Shown here: positions 1 to 9,033 of the stretch, in pieces
How the letters are laid out: each line of letters starts with the position of its first letter
Numbering within the stretch: position 1 is the first letter of the stretch
Assembly (NCBI GenBank): GCA_040755855.1
Contig: JBFMAD010000006.1
Location: 128,001 to 192,000 of the forward strand
Source of the DNA: Planctomycetota bacterium
GTDB taxonomy: Bacteria; Planctomycetota; Brocadiia; JAADGH01
Reading direction: 5' to 3'
Length of the DNA stretch: 64,000 nucleotides
Translations under genes and position numbers: made by a program
Notes under the pieces: model-generated
The model's input: the letters and a program-made list of their open reading frames with translations, nothing else
Database searches by the model: none
What the model was told of the DNA's origin: nothing

Positions 1-148
1 GCACATCTATCCCCCGGCCATTGTCTTCCACCACAATCCTCAGCTCGTCTTTGCCGACGTCTTCCTCCACCGTAACCGCAACGATGGATGCATCCGCACG
101 GATCGAGTTTTCGATCAAGTCCAGGATGTGAAGCGACAGATCACGCAT
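1..148 (-). CDS. HATPase_c / histidine kinase-like ATPase, N-terminal part (runs off window)
   Basis: Read by hand: MRDLSLHILDLIENSIRADASIVAVTVEEDVGKDELRIVVEDNGRG, with N-box and DxGxG; start overlaps the PHP stop. Confidence 0.8.
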   Translation of the reverse strand, partial: MRDLSLHILDLIENSIRADASIVAVTVEEDVGKDELRIVVEDNGRGIDV

Positions 149-875
149 GCACACCCCCCCTTCCCTTTTGCCTCTGAAGCGCGAGAACAATCTCGTCGAA
201 CGTCGGCGCGAGCATGTGGAACTTCGTAAAGCCGTTCCCTACATCCGACAGGAAATGGGCGTCCGACGAGACCAGCATAGGCAAACCAAGGCCCTCGTAC
301 TCCTTTTGTCTGCCCGCCACTGCCCCATTCGCCGAGATCTCAATCCCATCGAACTGGACGTCATCGGGGAAGAAACCCAACTGGCTCGTCACGCTGAACG
401 ACGGCCGGTCCACGTGCGCCGCAACGGCTAACCCCCCATGCCGCTTGACCAGAGCCACTGTTTTACCCAGATCGAGTCCCGATGACGCAGATAGCATTTT
501 AGGCTCCACACCTACAACGTCGCCCGTTGCGCTCATTCGAAGTTGCTCGCCAAGCACGCGAGCGGCCCCTGCAACGTCGGGAAGCGTCTCCTTCACTTCA
601 CAACCCGCAGCGCAGGCGGAGGCCGCGTCCGGAAAGAGGCCGAGCACGTGGATGTCCTCTTCCGTCGTGATCTCAATTCCCGCGAGCACGGCCAGATTGT
701 CCCCGGCAGCCTCCTGCGCGGGGGCGACGTTTTCCGCTGCGTTGTGATCGCAAATCGCGATCATATCCAGTCCTCTGCGTATCGCCGCCTCAACAATCGC
801 AGGCGGCGTCATTTCCGCGCTCGAGCACGGCGACAAAGCGGTGTGTATGTGCAGGTCCGCCTTGAACCGTCTCAC
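141..875 (-). CDS. PHP-domain phosphoesterase
   Basis: DLHIHT, AICDHN, GIEIT, AHVDR and SSDAH motifs. Confidence 0.9.
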   Translation of the reverse strand: MRRFKADLHIHTALSPCSSAEMTPPAIVEAAIRRGLDMIAICDHNAAENVAPAQEAAGDNLAVLAGIEITTEEDIHVLGLFPDAASACAAGCEVKETLPDVAGAARVLGEQLRMSATGDVVGVEPKMLSASSGLDLGKTVALVKRHGGLAVAAHVDRPSFSVTSQLGFFPDDVQFDGIEISANGAVAGRQKEYEGLGLPMLVSSDAHFLSDVGNGFTKFHMLAPTFDEIVLALQRQKGRGGVHA

Positions 876-1219
876 CCATGACTTCCTCTCAAGCCCAAAC
901 TATACAATTTGCCCACAATCTCAAATGTGGGGTCCTTCGACAGATAAAGCTTGATCCCCTCCTTCTCAGCTCTTTCCCGCACGGAGACCTCCGGCGTCCT
1001 CTCAGAGGCGAAGACCACCGCCGCGAGGCCGGCGTGCAGCGCCACGGCCACGACGTTCATATGGACCTGGATCGTGACCAGAACGCCGCCGCTCGGGGCA
1101 TTGGCCAGAACGTCGCTCAATAGGTCCGACGCGTGGCCGGCCGTAACCTCCGCATCCGTTTGGAGGGCGGGCGTCAGGTCTTCCAGATCGAGTTGCTCGG
1201 CAATTTGGCTCAGTTTCAC
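872..1219 (-). CDS. DRTGG-domain protein
   Basis: SDLLSDVLA and VLVTIQVHMNVVAVA motifs; typical hydrogenase-regulatory cluster context. Confidence 0.8.
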   Translation of the reverse strand: MKLSQIAEQLDLEDLTPALQTDAEVTAGHASDLLSDVLANAPSGGVLVTIQVHMNVVAVALHAGLAAVVFASERTPEVSVRERAEKEGIKLYLSKDPTFEIVGKLYSLGLRGSHG

Positions 1220-2787
1220 TGCGAATCCTCTTTCTCTGCGGCCGTTTTAGTCAGGTGACAACACGCCGACTTCTCCGCCCGACCCAGAACCACATCTTCG
1301 GCGAAGGCGGCGCAGGTGGGCGCGCCGCACATCGCGCAGTCGCGTCCGGGCAGGGATTTCGTCAGCTTCTCAATCCTGGACAGCTTGGCAATGGCCTGCG
1401 CCATGTCCGGATCGAGTCGCACGCCGGGCCGGGCGGCATAGGGTGCGCTGCGTTTGACAACGGCGGCGGTCACATCGGCCATCGCCCGAGATGTCTCCCA
1501 TCTGTGCCGCCCGACAAACGGGTCCTCGCTCAAGAGCGGCGAGCCGAAACACCCCTGTTCGCACGCCGCAGTCTCGATGACTCTCATGTCCTGGAGAAGA
1601 CCGTTCTCCATATCCTCGAGGACGTTGATCACGTGACGAATCCCGCTCACCCGAAGCAAGCCCGGCGACTCCGGCCCCTCTTTCGTTTCCCTCACTGGTT
1701 TCGGCGCCTCACGCCGCAGCGCAACGACCTGCGGCAGAATCACGTGGCGGAGCGTGGCAGGCGCGATGGCCATTACCCCTGAATCGCGCTCCAGAACACT
1801 GCGCTGTCCCGGACAGGCAATCACAAAAATAGCCGACCGGCCGGCCAGACCGTGCCGTATCGCCTCCAGAGGTGAACAAAACGGCGCCAAGTGTGCGATG
1901 AGAGAAGGAAAGCGGCTTTCAACAAGGTTGACCACGGCCGGGCACGCTGGGGAGATGACAGGGCGAGGGACGGTCCCCTCCTCCGAGCACTTGATCACGG
2001 CCTCCCGCAAGGCGACCTCCCAAGCATCGGCGACGATTACTTCCTCGAACCCGATATCCCCCAACACCCGGACGATCTGCTCCCCCCCTACTCCTGCGCC
2101 GAACTGCGACAGGAAGGCGGCTGGCAGGACAAGAGCCATGCCCTTCCGGTGTTCGGGAAGCGCCGGCGTGAGTCCCTTCACACCCAGCGCACCTGTCGAA
2201 CAAGCCCCTATGCAGGCGGCGCAATCAATGCATAGATGATCGAGAATCGTCAGCTTTCCCCGAACGAGGCGAAGCGCCTCGGTGGGGCAGGCGGAGATGC
2301 AGCGCAGGCACTGGCGGCACTTCTGCGCATCCGCCGCAACAGAGTTGTGCGCCGCCGCATCCATGCGTTGGGGGCTCAGGAGTATGGTGAATTCGACCCG
2401 CGTCCCTTGCCCGACAACAGAATTGATGGAGAACCTGTCGGAGTTCTTCTTGATATTGGGCAGTCCCATCCCCGCGCCAAAGCCCAGTTCCCGGGCGACC
2501 GAAGGCGCTGTGGAGTATCCCTCCGTCATGGCCAGAGCGATGTCGGGAATGCCCGGCCCTTCGTCGGTCACCTCAACTTTCAGCTTTTCGGTATCCATGG
2601 AAAACGTCATATCTCCGTTGTCCGCATGGATCACAACGTTCATCTCGGCTTCATAGGCTGCGATCATGGCGCGGCGCACGGCCTCGGGCGCTGCACCAAC
2701 CCGCTTGAGATGTACCTTGAGCGCGCTGGACGCCGCCCCGGCTTGTTCGTAGTCCCCGCCGCGGATTGTGAAACGGTTCGATATCAT
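1216..2787 (-). CDS. Fusion of RsbT/W-like Ser/Thr kinase, 2x[4Fe-4S], degenerate [FeFe]-hydrogenase-like domain and C-terminal FeS domain
   Basis: YEAEMNVVIHA, DEGPGI, GFGAGMGLPN; two CxxCxxCxxxC motifs; SPACP, ETAACEQGCFG; LPGRDCAMCGAPTC. Start set at the ATGA overlap (2787). Confidence 0.8.
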   Translation of the reverse strand: MISNRFTIRGGDYEQAGAASSALKVHLKRVGAAPEAVRRAMIAAYEAEMNVVIHADNGDMTFSMDTEKLKVEVTDEGPGIPDIALAMTEGYSTAPSVARELGFGAGMGLPNIKKNSDRFSINSVVGQGTRVEFTILLSPQRMDAAAHNSVAADAQKCRQCLRCISACPTEALRLVRGKLTILDHLCIDCAACIGACSTGALGVKGLTPALPEHRKGMALVLPAAFLSQFGAGVGGEQIVRVLGDIGFEEVIVADAWEVALREAVIKCSEEGTVPRPVISPACPAVVNLVESRFPSLIAHLAPFCSPLEAIRHGLAGRSAIFVIACPGQRSVLERDSGVMAIAPATLRHVILPQVVALRREAPKPVRETKEGPESPGLLRVSGIRHVINVLEDMENGLLQDMRVIETAACEQGCFGSPLLSEDPFVGRHRWETSRAMADVTAAVVKRSAPYAARPGVRLDPDMAQAIAKLSRIEKLTKSLPGRDCAMCGAPTCAAFAEDVVLGRAEKSACCHLTKTAAEKEDSQ

Positions 2788-3137
2788 TTGCCCGGCTCGT
2801 TCCCGCCTTTCAGGCAGGCATACAACCGTCCGCACGTCTCGAACATGCCGACCGGGGATAGGAGCAGGATGGTTCCCCTCGCTCCCGCTTGATCGGCGGT
2901 TTCGGGTTCGACTGATGCACCGTCAACCAAGCAAATGGCCTGGACGTCCATCAACTCGGCCAACCGAAGGAGTTGAGGTCCCACCAGGCCCGTAACGAGC
3001 AGCGTCCGGCTGGATGCGTGGGTGAGCAGGTCGCTCATGCGGTCGCCGGCATAAACCGAGTCAATCTCGGCGTCCCCTATGGCGGATTCCGTGAGAGGCT
3101 TGGCGCCAATGCTGCTTGCGAGGATGTTCAATTTCAT
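2784..3137 (-). CDS. DRTGG-domain protein
   Basis: AGDRMSDLL, LLVTGL, MFETCGRLY. Confidence 0.8.
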   Translation of the reverse strand: MKLNILASSIGAKPLTESAIGDAEIDSVYAGDRMSDLLTHASSRTLLVTGLVGPQLLRLAELMDVQAICLVDGASVEPETADQAGARGTILLLSPVGMFETCGRLYACLKGGNEPGK

Positions 3138-3185
3138 AGAATTCTCATCCGCTAAGGCGGAATTTCCGCGATACACTGCATGACT

Positions 3186-3203
3186 TTGTGAAGCAATTCA
3201 CGT
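3186..3203. promoter_or_regulatory. Candidate Rex operator
   Basis: TTGTGAA-GCAA-TTCACGT vs consensus TTGTGAA-N4-TTCACAA; ~50 bp upstream of the cluster. Confidence 0.55.
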
Positions 3204-3535
3204 ACCTGTCCACAGTAGAAAAGCGAAATTGGGGTAAGTCTCAGTTGAAGCGCGGGTTATGACGATAGATGCCAACTGCGCAACAAAATGAACTTCGTGC
3301 GGTTTTTCACATACTTGCCAAGCCGATCAGCCCGCCGGGGCCATCAACCGCATCGCAACAGGCATTTGGGATGGATGCGAACAGACCGCACATGGGAGAT
3401 TTGTGCACACTCGCTGTTCGCAGTATCCTGCTCACGGCCTGGGTTATTGTGGGTGGCTGCCGAGGATCAAGGCCCCAAACCGACAGGTTGGCGCTGGGCC
3501 TCTGCGGTGTGGAGTCCGAAGTCTGGCGGCTTACA

Positions 3536-5890
3536 CTACTTGTTCTCGGCGGCCTGCCTCAGTTCCCGGCTGTGGGCGTAGAACTCGGCAAGGGTAAGCT
3601 CTTTGAGGAAGACGATCCCCCGCGTGGCGCGGATGATGGCGCTGGGATGCTCGTTAAACCACTCCCGACCGAGGCAGGTCTTGAGTTTCTGATACTGCTC
3701 TACCTGAATCTGCTGGGCCAGGTCGCAGAATGGCCCATCGTACTCATGGCTTGGAAAGGAGGCGTCCTTTTGCGAGATGAACGTATTCATAAAGGCGCTC
3801 CGCATGATGGCGAACATGTTTAACGAAACCGGCACATAGATGTTCGCCTCGCTTGGATGGAAACGGTACCAGACATTGCGATACCCCCATACCTTGATGT
3901 CGGACCGCCCTGTCTTGCCCTCGTAGCTCCGCAGCGCCTCGGCTATTGCCTGCATGACCTTGTAGTGCGTGTCCGGGCCGCTCGCCTCGGGGTCGAGGGC
4001 GACGGTCACGACGTCCGGGCGCACCTTCAGCAGCGCATCGAGAACCGGCTCGACGTCCCGCTCGACGGTCGGCTCCTCGGTAAAAATGTCGCCTGTGTAG
4101 AACCCCAATCGCAGGTGCATGACGTTCGAGCAGTTCCAACCGAAATAACCCCACAGACATTCCGCTTCCCACTCCCTGCACATGCCCTTCAGTTGCTGGA
4201 CGTGCGGCGGGTCCTTCTTGCCGGGGTATTCGCTCGCAAAGTAGGTCTCCAGCTCTGCGATGCGGGCCTTGATCTCCCGAAGGTCGCTCTCGTCGTGGAC
4301 GGCGATCAGATTGCGGAGCAGCCGTCGAGCCATGCCCTCGTTGCGAAGAAGATCGCTCTCAGCCGCCACGCCGTCTAAGTATTGCCAAACATCCCGCTGC
4401 CGGCCGATCTCGTTATTTGGGGCGAAGTAGCCCTCCTGCATCAGTCCAATAAAGCCCGTTGAGTCAATGAATTGCCGAAGGCAGGCGAGTTGGTCTTGCA
4501 TATGATGGTTGGTTACCGACGTGAACCCGCTGGTGAGGCAGATAAAGTAGTGCGTATTTGACGCGCCCCGCACATGCCGTACGATATACGGCAGGTAACC
4601 GAGCATGAGGTCGTCGTGATGGGGCTCGGTGTGGAAGAAGCATTTATCCGAAAGGGTTTGCGCGCCCTTTTCGATTCGGGCGATAAGTCGCTCATAAACT
4701 GTCCGCGCAAGGCTCAACGGAGGCGCAGGAGATTTCTGCAAAAGCGCCCCCGCCGCCGGATCGGTGCGAAAATCCTCCGGGGGCAAGTCCAGCAGACGCT
4801 TGCGTTTCTTCACGGCAAGATCAACGACGATTTCCTCCGTCTTCTCGTCGCTCACCGATTCCGCCGCGGCGATGCGACAAACCTGCCGCTCCGTAAGCAA
4901 CCGCGCCGCCCCCGTCGTGATATAAAAGCGGGCGTTCGGCAGGCTGTGGAGCGCCGTGGCGGGGTAGAGCACATGCTTTTTGTTCTGTACGGCGTCGGCC
5001 ACCACCGCCGCCTTCGCCTCGCCCGCGGCAATGACGATGGCGACGCAGTTGGGGTTGCAGGTGATTGTGCCGAGGCCGATGGTAATGACCAGCCGCTTGC
5101 GTGCGATCTCGATCCCACCGAGGTCTGTGGAGGCGGCAGCTTGGGTCTCATAGTTTGTCGGGGTCAGGCGGGTGGTCGAGTGGTGATCCGACCCGCAGAC
5201 ATTGAACCCGATGTGCCCATCCGGCCCAATGCCCCCCAGAAAAAACCCGATGCCCCCGAGAGACCGGATTTTGTCCTCGTACTCCTGGCACCACTGGTCA
5301 ATCCGATGGAGCGCCTCCTTCTGCCTCCATTCCAGGTCCGTCTCGGCATGGCGGTGCCGGAGGGAAAGGTCTACCGAGTTGTCGGGCCAGAGCGATGCAA
5401 GCGTCTCCCCTTCGCCGGGGCCGACCTTCGAGCAGTCAATGAGCATGGCCCTGCTCGGATCCAGTCCAAAGCCGTCGAGGTAGTACCGCTTCACATAGTA
5501 GAAAAAACTGTTCTGCTGCCAGGGGTTGGTGGGGTAAAATTCGTCAATCTGGACAAATCGTAGACCGCGCGTGTCGAGTCGCTCGGCGGGATCAATGCCG
5601 GAGGCGGCCAGATCATCGCGCACTTCCGGGCTGTCCCAATGCTGGAGGTAGTGCTCCACCCACTTGATGAAGTGCTCCGGCGTCTTGCCGGTCGGCAGGG
5701 AGATCACGCCGTCGGGATGGTCTTGCACCCATTCGATAAACCGCAAGGCAGCCAGCTTGCCGAGGGCGGGAAAGTTGCTCACCACAATCGTACCGATCCG
5801 CTCGGCGGGGGGATAGAGCACCGCAAAGGGCAATTGCGCGAGGGCGATCCGTTCAACCGGGGTCAAGTCACACTCGGGGAAATTCGACAT
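3536..5890 (-). CDS. nagB: Glucosamine-6-phosphate deaminase fused to PIG-L/LmbE-like deacetylase domain
   Basis: SLPTGKTP, QIDEFYP, GGIGPDGHIGFN; C-terminal EPHHDD and GPDTH. Confidence 0.8.
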   Translation of the reverse strand: MSNFPECDLTPVERIALAQLPFAVLYPPAERIGTIVVSNFPALGKLAALRFIEWVQDHPDGVISLPTGKTPEHFIKWVEHYLQHWDSPEVRDDLAASGIDPAERLDTRGLRFVQIDEFYPTNPWQQNSFFYYVKRYYLDGFGLDPSRAMLIDCSKVGPGEGETLASLWPDNSVDLSLRHRHAETDLEWRQKEALHRIDQWCQEYEDKIRSLGGIGFFLGGIGPDGHIGFNVCGSDHHSTTRLTPTNYETQAAASTDLGGIEIARKRLVITIGLGTITCNPNCVAIVIAAGEAKAAVVADAVQNKKHVLYPATALHSLPNARFYITTGAARLLTERQVCRIAAAESVSDEKTEEIVVDLAVKKRKRLLDLPPEDFRTDPAAGALLQKSPAPPLSLARTVYERLIARIEKGAQTLSDKCFFHTEPHHDDLMLGYLPYIVRHVRGASNTHYFICLTSGFTSVTNHHMQDQLACLRQFIDSTGFIGLMQEGYFAPNNEIGRQRDVWQYLDGVAAESDLLRNEGMARRLLRNLIAVHDESDLREIKARIAELETYFASEYPGKKDPPHVQQLKGMCREWEAECLWGYFGWNCSNVMHLRLGFYTGDIFTEEPTVERDVEPVLDALLKVRPDVVTVALDPEASGPDTHYKVMQAIAEALRSYEGKTGRSDIKVWGYRNVWYRFHPSEANIYVPVSLNMFAIMRSAFMNTFISQKDASFPSHEYDGPFCDLAQQIQVEQYQKLKTCLGREWFNEHPSAIIRATRGIVFLKELTLAEFYAHSRELRQAAENK

Positions 5891-5940
5891 AATCGGCAAG
5901 TCACTCCACTTTGAAAACAAGAGCAACGAAACGCCTGATC

Positions 5941-6027
5941 TTACTCTTACTCTTACTCTTACTCCTACTCCTACTCCATCTAAGCAAGTGAGATTAAGAT
6001 CAAGATTAGGATTAAGAGCAGGAGTAG
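5941..6027. repeat. Hexamer tandem array plus inverted degenerate array
   Basis: (TTACTC)4(CTACTC)2, then GATTAA/GATCAA/GATTAG/GATTAA/GAGCAG/GAGTAG. Confidence 0.85.
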
Positions 6028-6062
6028 CAATGTTGACGCGAGGGGTTGCCTGCCCCCTTTAC

Positions 6063-7466
6063 TCAAGACCGGTAATCTCCCCTGTTCAGTCCGTACTTCT
6101 TCATCCGCTCGTAGAGGGCGCGCCGGGAGATGCCGAGGGCTTGGCAGGCGGCGGTAACCTCGCCTCCATGCTCGCGCAGGGCCTGCTCGATGACCGCCCG
6201 TTCCGTCCGCTCCATCTCGTCACGCAGAAGACCCGGCGTGGCCGGGAGCGAAAGCATACGGCTCGGGCCGAAATTCTCGTCCATGGAGAAGGGCCCTGCC
6301 AGCCCCTGGTGCGCCGTGATCGTCATGCGTTCCACCGCGTTTTTCAGCTCGCGGATGTTGCCCGGCCAGGCATAGGCAAGCATCTGCGAAAGCACCTTGT
6401 CCGGGGTCTTGGGGGCGGGCGAGCCGGTTTGGTCGGCGAAGCGTTTCATGAAGTGGGCAATGAGGAGCGGGATGTCCTCCGTGCGCTCCCGCAGGGGGGG
6501 CACGGAGATGGATAGCACCGCGATGCGGTGGTAGAAATCCTCCCGAAGCGTCCCCCGGCGGACCAGTTCGGGCGGATCGTGCTTGGTGGTCACGAGCAGA
6601 CGGACGTCCACCTGTCGCGGCTGGTCCATCCCCAGCGGCTGAACCAGCCCGTCCTCGAGGACGCGCAGGAGCTGCACCTGCGCCCGCTCGGAGATACTTT
6701 CGATCTCGTCGAGGAGCAACGTGCCCCCCGATGCGGTGACGAACTTTCCGTCCCGGTGCGAATCGGCCCCCGTGAAGGCCCCCTTGGCATGGCCGAAGAG
6801 CTCGCTCTCCAGCACCGTCTCGGAGAGCGCCCCGGCGTTGACGGCCACAAACCTGCCCGAAGCCCGCCTGCTTTCACTGTGAATCGCCCGGGCGACGAGT
6901 TCCTTTCCCACCCCGGTCTCCCCCTGGATGAGGACTGGCGCGTCCGCCTTGGCGGCCACCTCGATCTGCTCGTAGACGTCCTGGATCGCGCGGCTCTGTC
7001 CCACCATGCCGAACCGGCCGTCCTCCTCCGGGGAAAGCAGCGCCAGTCGCCGGCGCAGCTCCGCGCTCTCCCGCTGCAGGGCGGCCCGCTCGACGGCGCG
7101 CCTCACACTCATGAGAAGCACATCCACCTCGAAGGGCTTTTCCACGAAGTCATACGCCCCCGCCCTCATGCATCGGACGGCCATGGCGATGTCGCCGTGA
7201 CCGGTGATCATGATCACCGGCGGCGGATAGCGGCGCCGCACCAGGTCGGCGAGCAACTGCTCTCCGTCCATCCCGGGCATCTTCACGTCCGTAACAATAC
7301 AATCCACATCCGGCAGGCCCGGCCATGCGAGGGCGGCCTCCGCCGAGGAGAACATTTTGACCTGATAATCGTGTAACCGCAGCGACTGCGTGATCGAGAC
7401 GCGGGCGGCCTCGTCATCATCAATGACCACCACAATCGGATTGTCACGTCGAGCCGATTCACTCAT
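6063..7466 (-). CDS. Sigma54-dependent response regulator (NtrC/DctD family)
   Basis: REC domain (IDDD, DVKMP), GETGVGKE, ESELFGHAKGAFTGA, WPGNIREL, Fis-type HTH. Confidence 0.95.
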   Translation of the reverse strand: MSESARRDNPIVVVIDDDEAARVSITQSLRLHDYQVKMFSSAEAALAWPGLPDVDCIVTDVKMPGMDGEQLLADLVRRRYPPPVIMITGHGDIAMAVRCMRAGAYDFVEKPFEVDVLLMSVRRAVERAALQRESAELRRRLALLSPEEDGRFGMVGQSRAIQDVYEQIEVAAKADAPVLIQGETGVGKELVARAIHSESRRASGRFVAVNAGALSETVLESELFGHAKGAFTGADSHRDGKFVTASGGTLLLDEIESISERAQVQLLRVLEDGLVQPLGMDQPRQVDVRLLVTTKHDPPELVRRGTLREDFYHRIAVLSISVPPLRERTEDIPLLIAHFMKRFADQTGSPAPKTPDKVLSQMLAYAWPGNIRELKNAVERMTITAHQGLAGPFSMDENFGPSRMLSLPATPGLLRDEMERTERAVIEQALREHGGEVTAACQALGISRRALYERMKKYGLNRGDYRS

Positions 7467-8925
7467 TTCGGGATGATACCTCCGCGGGACCATCCTGGTG
7501 TTCCACGGGCAGGCGCACGGTGAAGGTTGCCCCCTTTCCCGGCTCTCCCTTCGCCGCGATCGTGCCGTTGTGGTCCTTGATGATGCTCAGCGAGATGGAC
7601 AGGCCAAGGCCGGTCCCGTGGCCTACCTTCTTCGTGCTGAAGAAAGGCGTGAAGAGCTTCTGGGCCTCGCTGGCGGAGAAGCCTTTGCCCGTGTCAATGA
7701 CCTCCACCACCACCGGGCAATGGCCGCCCTCCTCTAAATACGTCCGTACCGTCAGCCGCCGCTCCCCCGTCGTCTCCATTGCCTGACGGGCGTTGGTAAT
7801 CAAATTCAGAAGCACCTGTTCCAATCGAATCCGATCGCCCATGATCTCAGGAATATCCCCAAGATCGAGCGTGGTCTCCACGCAGGAAAGTTTGAGCTGG
7901 GGGCTGAGGAACTCCACGCTCTCGCGGATGATCCCGTTGAGATCCACAGCAACGAACTGCCGTTCCGAACGGCGGGTCAGCTCGCGCATCTGGTTGATGA
8001 TCTTCGAGGCGCGGTCCACCTGCTCCGAGATCATCCGCAGGTTGTCCTTGATCTCGTCCGGCTCGCCCACGTTCTTCTCGATCATGTAAAATGCGTTTCG
8101 CGCGAAGTTGCGGATGCCCGTCAGCGGCTGATTTAGCTCGTGGGCCACGGCGGCGGCCATCTCTCCCAGCTCGGCCAGGCGGGTGGAATGGACAAGCTGC
8201 TCCTCCTGCTTCCGGGCCAGATCCGCGAGTTCGCCGCGCTTGCGCTCGGCCTCCTTTCGGTCGGTGATGTCATACACATTCACGATCACCGCCGGCTCGC
8301 CGTCATATTCCCCGACGGCGCTGGCCACGTCGGCCCATCGGACGTCGCCCTTCTTCGTAACAATCCGGACCTCGTACTGGAGATCCGTCGAGCCGTCGGC
8401 CGCCCGCCTCTTCACCAGGTACTGGATGCGCGCGCGGTCGTCCTCGTGGAGCGTATCCCAGATCGGAGCGCCGATCAGTTCATCCGGACGGTATCCAACC
8501 ATCTCGGCATACCGTGGATTTACAAAAAGGTATTTCCCGTCGCGATAGACAAAGATGCCGACCAGCGACTTCTCCGACATCAGTTTGTGCTTCTGCTCCG
8601 AGATGCGCAGGGCCGTCTCCCCCGCCTTAAGCTTTTCACTCAACATGCCCACGCAAAACGCCACAACGACGAAACAGACCGCGCGCGCCGCATCCGCCGT
8701 CACGGCGCCCGATGCAATGCCCATGCGATGGAGCGATAAAATCGCCAGGCCAAACACGGCCGCCAGGACCACACTCCGTCTTCCCCACCACATCCCCGCC
8801 AGCACGATAGGGATGTACATCAGATGGGTGCAGACGACGTCCGTATGATGCACTGCATGAAAATATACGCTCAAGGTCAGACACGCCGCCGCCAGGAGCA
8901 CAATGACCAGGAGTCGGATTATCAT
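7459..8925 (-). CDS. Membrane PAS sensor histidine kinase
   Basis: N-terminal TM helices, PAS domain, AHELNQPL H-box, NLITNA, DTGKG, GTGLGL. Confidence 0.95.
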   Translation of the reverse strand: MIIRLLVIVLLAAACLTLSVYFHAVHHTDVVCTHLMYIPIVLAGMWWGRRSVVLAAVFGLAILSLHRMGIASGAVTADAARAVCFVVVAFCVGMLSEKLKAGETALRISEQKHKLMSEKSLVGIFVYRDGKYLFVNPRYAEMVGYRPDELIGAPIWDTLHEDDRARIQYLVKRRAADGSTDLQYEVRIVTKKGDVRWADVASAVGEYDGEPAVIVNVYDITDRKEAERKRGELADLARKQEEQLVHSTRLAELGEMAAAVAHELNQPLTGIRNFARNAFYMIEKNVGEPDEIKDNLRMISEQVDRASKIINQMRELTRRSERQFVAVDLNGIIRESVEFLSPQLKLSCVETTLDLGDIPEIMGDRIRLEQVLLNLITNARQAMETTGERRLTVRTYLEEGGHCPVVVEVIDTGKGFSASEAQKLFTPFFSTKKVGHGTGLGLSISLSIIKDHNGTIAAKGEPGKGATFTVRLPVEHQDGPAEVSSRNE

Positions 8926-9033
8926 TCGACAACGGTTCCGAAACAGACGACCGGACACCTTAGTTCAAACCCATACCCCATCATAACACTCCTGTCCCCC
9001 AACAGCAACAGCGTCTTCCCGATCCCGTTGCCA

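Noticed and set aside
3536..5890. NagB-deacetylase fusion as a novelty
   Set aside because: This architecture is already known in other bacteria
5988..6515. Plus-strand ORF starting MRLRSRLGLR
   Set aside because: Arises from the hexamer repeat and is antisense to the response regulator
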